Assembly: GCA_963783305.1 (NCBI GenBank)
Contig: CAWAMW010000017.1
Coordinates: forward strand, 352,001-416,000
Direction of reading: 5' to 3'
DNA from: an uncultured Gemmatimonadales bacterium
GTDB lineage: Bacteria; Gemmatimonadota; Gemmatimonadetes; Longimicrobiales; RSA9
Length of the DNA: 64,000 nt
The number at the start of each line of letters is the position of its first letter. The stretch's first letter is position 1. The notes under the pieces are model-generated. The model saw nothing but the letters and a program-made list of their open reading frames with translations, was not told where the DNA came from and ran no database searches. This document shows positions 60,127-64,000 of this stretch, piece by piece. The position numbers were made by a program, and so were the translations under genes.

Positions 60127-63100
60127 TCAGTACCGCGCCCGGAGCGCGACACCGCGCCCCGCCTCCCCCACGACCGTGCCGTCCCGCCACACCGGCTCGC
60201 CGGCCACCCATACCGTGAACCCGTGAGCGGTGGCGTAGGGCTCGTCGTAGGTAGCCCGGTCCCGGACTTCGGCTGGATCGAATACGACGACGTCCGCCGC
60301 CCACCCCTCCTTCAGCTGGCCCCGTGGCAGGTCCACGCGCGCCGGATCGTCCAGGCCCACGATGGCGGCCGTCAGACCGGACATCTTCCGCACGGCCTCC
60401 TCGATTCCGAGCATCTCTTCCTCCATCACGTAACGCCGGAGCACGCGCGCGAACGCGCCGTAGGAGCGGGGGTGCAGCATGGTGGGGCTGCCGTCGGTGG
60501 AAACCACCACGTGGGGATCGGCAAGGAACCGGCGCATCACTGCCTCGTCCATGACGGTGTAGGCGGCGCTGGCGCCGTCGGGGCCGAGCTCCACCAGCAC
60601 GTCCTCGAACGGCCGCCCCAGATCCGCCGCCACGTCGGCCAGGGTGCGCCCCTTCCACGGGCCCGTGCCGAAGAGCATGGCCCCCGGGCCGTTCCGGCTC
60701 TCCACGCGGCGGCGCAGGTGGTCGGCCAGCTCGCCCCGTCGCTCTGCCACCACGTCCGCGTAGTCGTACGGGGGCCGGGCCCACTCGGGGAAGAGGATGG
60801 AAAGGCCGGTGTAGCTGGCGATGTACGGATATACGTCCCCCGTGACCGTCAGCCCCTCCGCCCGAGCGGCGGCCATGGCGTTGAGCAGCCGGTCGGCGTC
60901 GGCGGGGTCATGGCTCAGGACCACCTTCATGTGCGACGCGTGCACCCGGGCGTCGGCGGTTCGCCCCTGCTCGATCAGCTCGGCCAGCGCGTCATCCACG
61001 CGGCCTGGGTCCTCGCTCCGCATGTGGCTCATGACCACACCGCCCCGCGCGCCGACGGGGCGGGCGAGCGCGGTCAGCTCCGACATGTCCGCCTGGATCC
61101 CGGGATCGTACTCGAGACCGGTGGAGAGGCCGAACGCGCCCGCGTCGAGGCCGCGCTCCACGAGCTCCACCATCCGCCGGATCCCCGCCGCGCCGGGGTC
61201 GCCGTGCTCCACCCCGGACTCCATCCGGATCGTGTTGTGGCCCACCAGGTACGCCACGTTCACCCACGGATGCGCCGCATCCACGGCGTCCAGGTACGCC
61301 GCCATCCCGGAGGCCTCCGGGCCGCTCCCGTCCTGCCCGAGCACCACCGTGGTGACGCCCATGGCCAGCGCGTTGTCGAAGCGCGGGTCCCGGTCGGGCG
61401 CGCCGTGGGCGTGGGCGTCGATAAAGCCGGGCGCGACCACGCGGCCGGTCGCATCGTAGCGGTCGCGGAACGTCAGTGTGTCCGGGTCCACGATCCCGAT
61501 GTGCGCCACACGGCCACCCCGCAGCAGGACATCGGCGACCCGGCCGGGGGCGCCGCTGCCGTCCACCACCGTCCCGCCCGCGATGAGCCAGTCGTACGCC
61601 GGCGACCGCTCTCTCGACCGGACGTCCGTGCCCCCCGCGCTTCCGCCGGTGCGGAGCGAACGGGGCTGGGGCTCAAACTCCTCGTACGGGACCGGGTCCT
61701 CGGCGGGAACGGCGTACTGCTCTCGCAGCCGTGTCAGTCGGGTCTCCAGCTCGGCCCGGACCCCCGCGTAGCGCGGGTCGTCGTACACGCTCTCCATCTC
61801 CTCGGGGTCCCGCTCGAGGTCGAAGAGCTCCCACTCCCCCACCTCGTAGTAGTGGATCAGCTTGTAGCGCTCCGTCCGCACCCCGTACTGCCGCCGCACC
61901 ATGTGCCAGCCCGGGTACTCGAAGTACTGGTAGTAGATGGCGTCCCGCCAGTCGGCGGGCGGGCGGCCGGTCAGGAGTGGGACCAGGCTGCGTCCCTGCA
62001 TGGCCGCGGGGACGGGAGCGCCCCCGGCGTCCAGAAGCGTCTCGGCGAAATCCAGGTTCATGACCAGGTCGTGGCTCACGGACCCGGCCGGGGCCACGCC
62101 CGGCCAGCGCACGATGAGCGGGATCCGCAGCGACTCCTCGTACATCCACCGCTTGTCGAACCAGCCGTGGTCGCCCAGGAAGAAGCCCTGGTCGGAGGTG
62201 TAGACGATCAGCGTCTCGCCCGCGACGCCCGCGCGCTCCAGCGCGTCCACCACCCGCCCGACGCTCCGATCGATCGCCGCCACCGTCCGGAGGTAGTCCT
62301 TCATGTAGCGCTGGTACTTCCACCGCGCGATCTCGTCCGGGGGGAGCGAGTCCACCACGCTCAGGTACCACGCGTTCTCTTCCGCGTAGGCGCGGTCCCA
62401 CTCCGCCTGCTGCTCCGGGGTGAGCCCCGCCGGGGACTCCAGCTTCAGGTCGCGGGGGAAGAGGTCCAGCGCCACCGACATCTCCGGGGTCGACGCCGGC
62501 GAGGCGCGGCCGGCGGCGTCATCGTGGAACGTGGGCGGGACGGGCAGCGGCGTGTCGCGGTACATCCCGAGCTCTTCCGGCCCCGGGTCCCAGTACCGGT
62601 GTGAGGCGTTGTGGTGGAGCATGAGGAGGAACGGCGCCTCGTCGCTCCTGCTGGCGAGCCAGTCGAGGGCGCGGTCGGTGATGACTTCCGGTGTGTAGCC
62701 GGTGTAGATCGCCGTGTCCGAGGCGCTGTGCAGCGTCGGGTTGTAGTACGGTCCCTGGCCGCTCAGGATCTCGTAATGATCGAAGCCCCGCGGCTCCTCC
62801 CTGAGGTGCCACTTGCCGAACAGCGCCGTGCGGTAGCCGGCCTCCCGCAGCAGACCCGGGAACGCCAGGTCGGTGGGGTGGAGCGACTGCCCGTTGGTCA
62901 TCACCCCGTTCAGGTGACCGTACTGCCCCGTGAGGAGGGTGGCGCGGCTCGGCGCGCAGATGGAGTTGGTGACGAACGCGTTCGTGAACAGCATCCCCTC
63001 GGCCGCGAGCCGGTCGAGCCGGGGCGTCTGCGCGATGTGTTCCCCGTACCGGAGGTGGGGGGCGTACGCCGAGAGGGCGTGCGCGGCGTGGTCGTCGGCG

Positions 63101-63333
63101 AGGATGAAGACGATGTTCGGGCGAGCGGCGTCCGGCGGCGGCGCCATCGGGACGCGCGACGGGGGATCTCCCGCTGGCGCCGAGGCGCAACCACCTCCGA
63201 AGAGTGCGGTCAGAAGCAGGGTGCCGAGCGCGGCTCCGGCGGAGCGGCGCCGGCCGGAGCGTTGGCGGCTGGACCCGGGATCGCCTCGCGACGGGGTCAC
63301 GGGCGCCGTGCTGCGTCGGCGATTTCGATGCAT
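60127..63333 (-). CDS. Sulfatase fused to N-acyl-D-amino-acid deacylase-like amidohydrolase
   Basis: RPNIVFILADD, CAPSRATLLTG, GKWHL, YTSDQG; then IAGGTVVDGSG, APGFIDAHAH, GLSTGLEY, HMRSE, HPRSYG, ADVVVFDP, all in one frame. Confidence 0.9.
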   Translation of the reverse strand: MHRNRRRSTAPVTPSRGDPGSSRQRSGRRRSAGAALGTLLLTALFGGGCASAPAGDPPSRVPMAPPPDAARPNIVFILADDHAAHALSAYAPHLRYGEHIAQTPRLDRLAAEGMLFTNAFVTNSICAPSRATLLTGQYGHLNGVMTNGQSLHPTDLAFPGLLREAGYRTALFGKWHLREEPRGFDHYEILSGQGPYYNPTLHSASDTAIYTGYTPEVITDRALDWLASRSDEAPFLLMLHHNASHRYWDPGPEELGMYRDTPLPVPPTFHDDAAGRASPASTPEMSVALDLFPRDLKLESPAGLTPEQQAEWDRAYAEENAWYLSVVDSLPPDEIARWKYQRYMKDYLRTVAAIDRSVGRVVDALERAGVAGETLIVYTSDQGFFLGDHGWFDKRWMYEESLRIPLIVRWPGVAPAGSVSHDLVMNLDFAETLLDAGGAPVPAAMQGRSLVPLLTGRPPADWRDAIYYQYFEYPGWHMVRRQYGVRTERYKLIHYYEVGEWELFDLERDPEEMESVYDDPRYAGVRAELETRLTRLREQYAVPAEDPVPYEEFEPQPRSLRTGGSAGGTDVRSRERSPAYDWLIAGGTVVDGSGAPGRVADVLLRGGRVAHIGIVDPDTLTFRDRYDATGRVVAPGFIDAHAHGAPDRDPRFDNALAMGVTTVVLGQDGSGPEASGMAAYLDAVDAAHPWVNVAYLVGHNTIRMESGVEHGDPGAAGIRRMVELVERGLDAGAFGLSTGLEYDPGIQADMSELTALARPVGARGGVVMSHMRSEDPGRVDDALAELIEQGRTADARVHASHMKVVLSHDPADADRLLNAMAAARAEGLTVTGDVYPYIASYTGLSILFPEWARPPYDYADVVAERRGELADHLRRRVESRNGPGAMLFGTGPWKGRTLADVAADLGRPFEDVLVELGPDGASAAYTVMDEAVMRRFLADPHVVVSTDGSPTMLHPRSYGAFARVLRRYVMEEEMLGIEEAVRKMSGLTAAIVGLDDPARVDLPRGQLKEGWAADVVVFDPAEVRDRATYDEPYATAHGFTVWVAGEPVWRDGTVVGEAGRGVALRARY

Positions 63334-63521
63334 GTTCGTCCTCCGGAGGTGGGGCAGAGGGAGAAGGTAACCAGCCACCGCGCCGGCGACCATTCCGTTG
63401 ACGCGGTCGGGCGCTCCGAGGAGATTCTCGGCTCCACCCCGGCCGCGCCCGTCGCGGTTGGCATCGCTCCGGGCCGGCGGCATATTCCCGGGTCCCGCCG
63501 ATTCAACCGAGCCGTGAGCCC

Positions 63522-64000
63522 ATGCGACGCATCAGCCGATCCGTTCCCTGCCTCCTGTTCCTGGCCGCCACCGCCTGCGCCAGCGCCGCGTCCCACGAGT
63601 CCACTGGCATCGGGCCGGAGGTGCCCGGCGACCACGCACCAGAGGTCGCGCCCGTGGACTGGGAGGTCGTGGACTCCGTGGATGTCGCCGCGTTCAACGC
63701 CGATCTCCGGCCGGACCGGCTCACCATGGACGTGGGCGTGTACTTCCCGGCCAACCTGGACCCGGGCTTCCACAAGGTGACGCTGCCCAGGCTGCTGGAA
63801 AGTCTGCGGGCGGCGAAGGAGATCTACGCCCCCGCGGGCGTCCAGATCAACCTGCTCTGGGTGAAGACCGGCGTCGTCGACCCGCGCTTCTTCGCGATCC
63901 AGTCCGACGAGTTCCCGGGGGTGCCGACCACGGGCTACGTCAACCTGTACGAGCACATGCGACGGAACCCGGCGCGGCTGACCGATCAGACGCTGGGCGC
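63522..64000 (+). CDS. Hypothetical lipoprotein, partial (runs off window end)
   Basis: Manual translation MRRISRSVPCLLFLAATACASAASHE..., open to base 64000. Confidence 0.7.
   Translation, partial: MRRISRSVPCLLFLAATACASAASHESTGIGPEVPGDHAPEVAPVDWEVVDSVDVAAFNADLRPDRLTMDVGVYFPANLDPGFHKVTLPRLLESLRAAKEIYAPAGVQINLLWVKTGVVDPRFFAIQSDEFPGVPTTGYVNLYEHMRRNPARLTDQTLG

Overview
High-GC bacterial chromosomal window; the gene mix suggests Gemmatimonadota or a similar lineage (inference only). The left ~6.1 kb is a partly lower-GC, defence-like island on the minus strand: Fic protein, MmeI-like (Type IIL) restriction-modification fusion, QueC-like protein, and a tRNA-guanine-transglycosylase (TGT)-like protein (DSGGYE motif, missed by the ORF track) that runs off the window start. 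The island abuts a 5'-truncated vapC (PIN) remnant, and the fic gene is bracketed by two copies of a 59-bp element with a TTAAAAT-N12-ATTTTAA dyad. Frameshifts cluster in the island, probably from long-read indels. The rest is backbone: DPP-IV peptidase, nadE, Zn/Mn ABC transporter, FadL plus SGNH lipase, OsmC, ArsR, rocD, Na/Pi symporter plus PhoU, glnA, an orphan CheB/CheB/CheR/kinase/receiver cluster, porin plus TAXI-TRAP, a Cus-type copper/silver efflux locus, a FetAB-like ABC pair, a lytic transglycosylase, a di-heme NorC/NorB nitric oxide reductase, a sigma54-linked stress-type operon, MscS and a sulfatase-amidohydrolase fusion. Several intergenic short-repeat or hairpin elements are present. 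No rRNA, tRNA, CRISPR array, transposase or integrase was seen.
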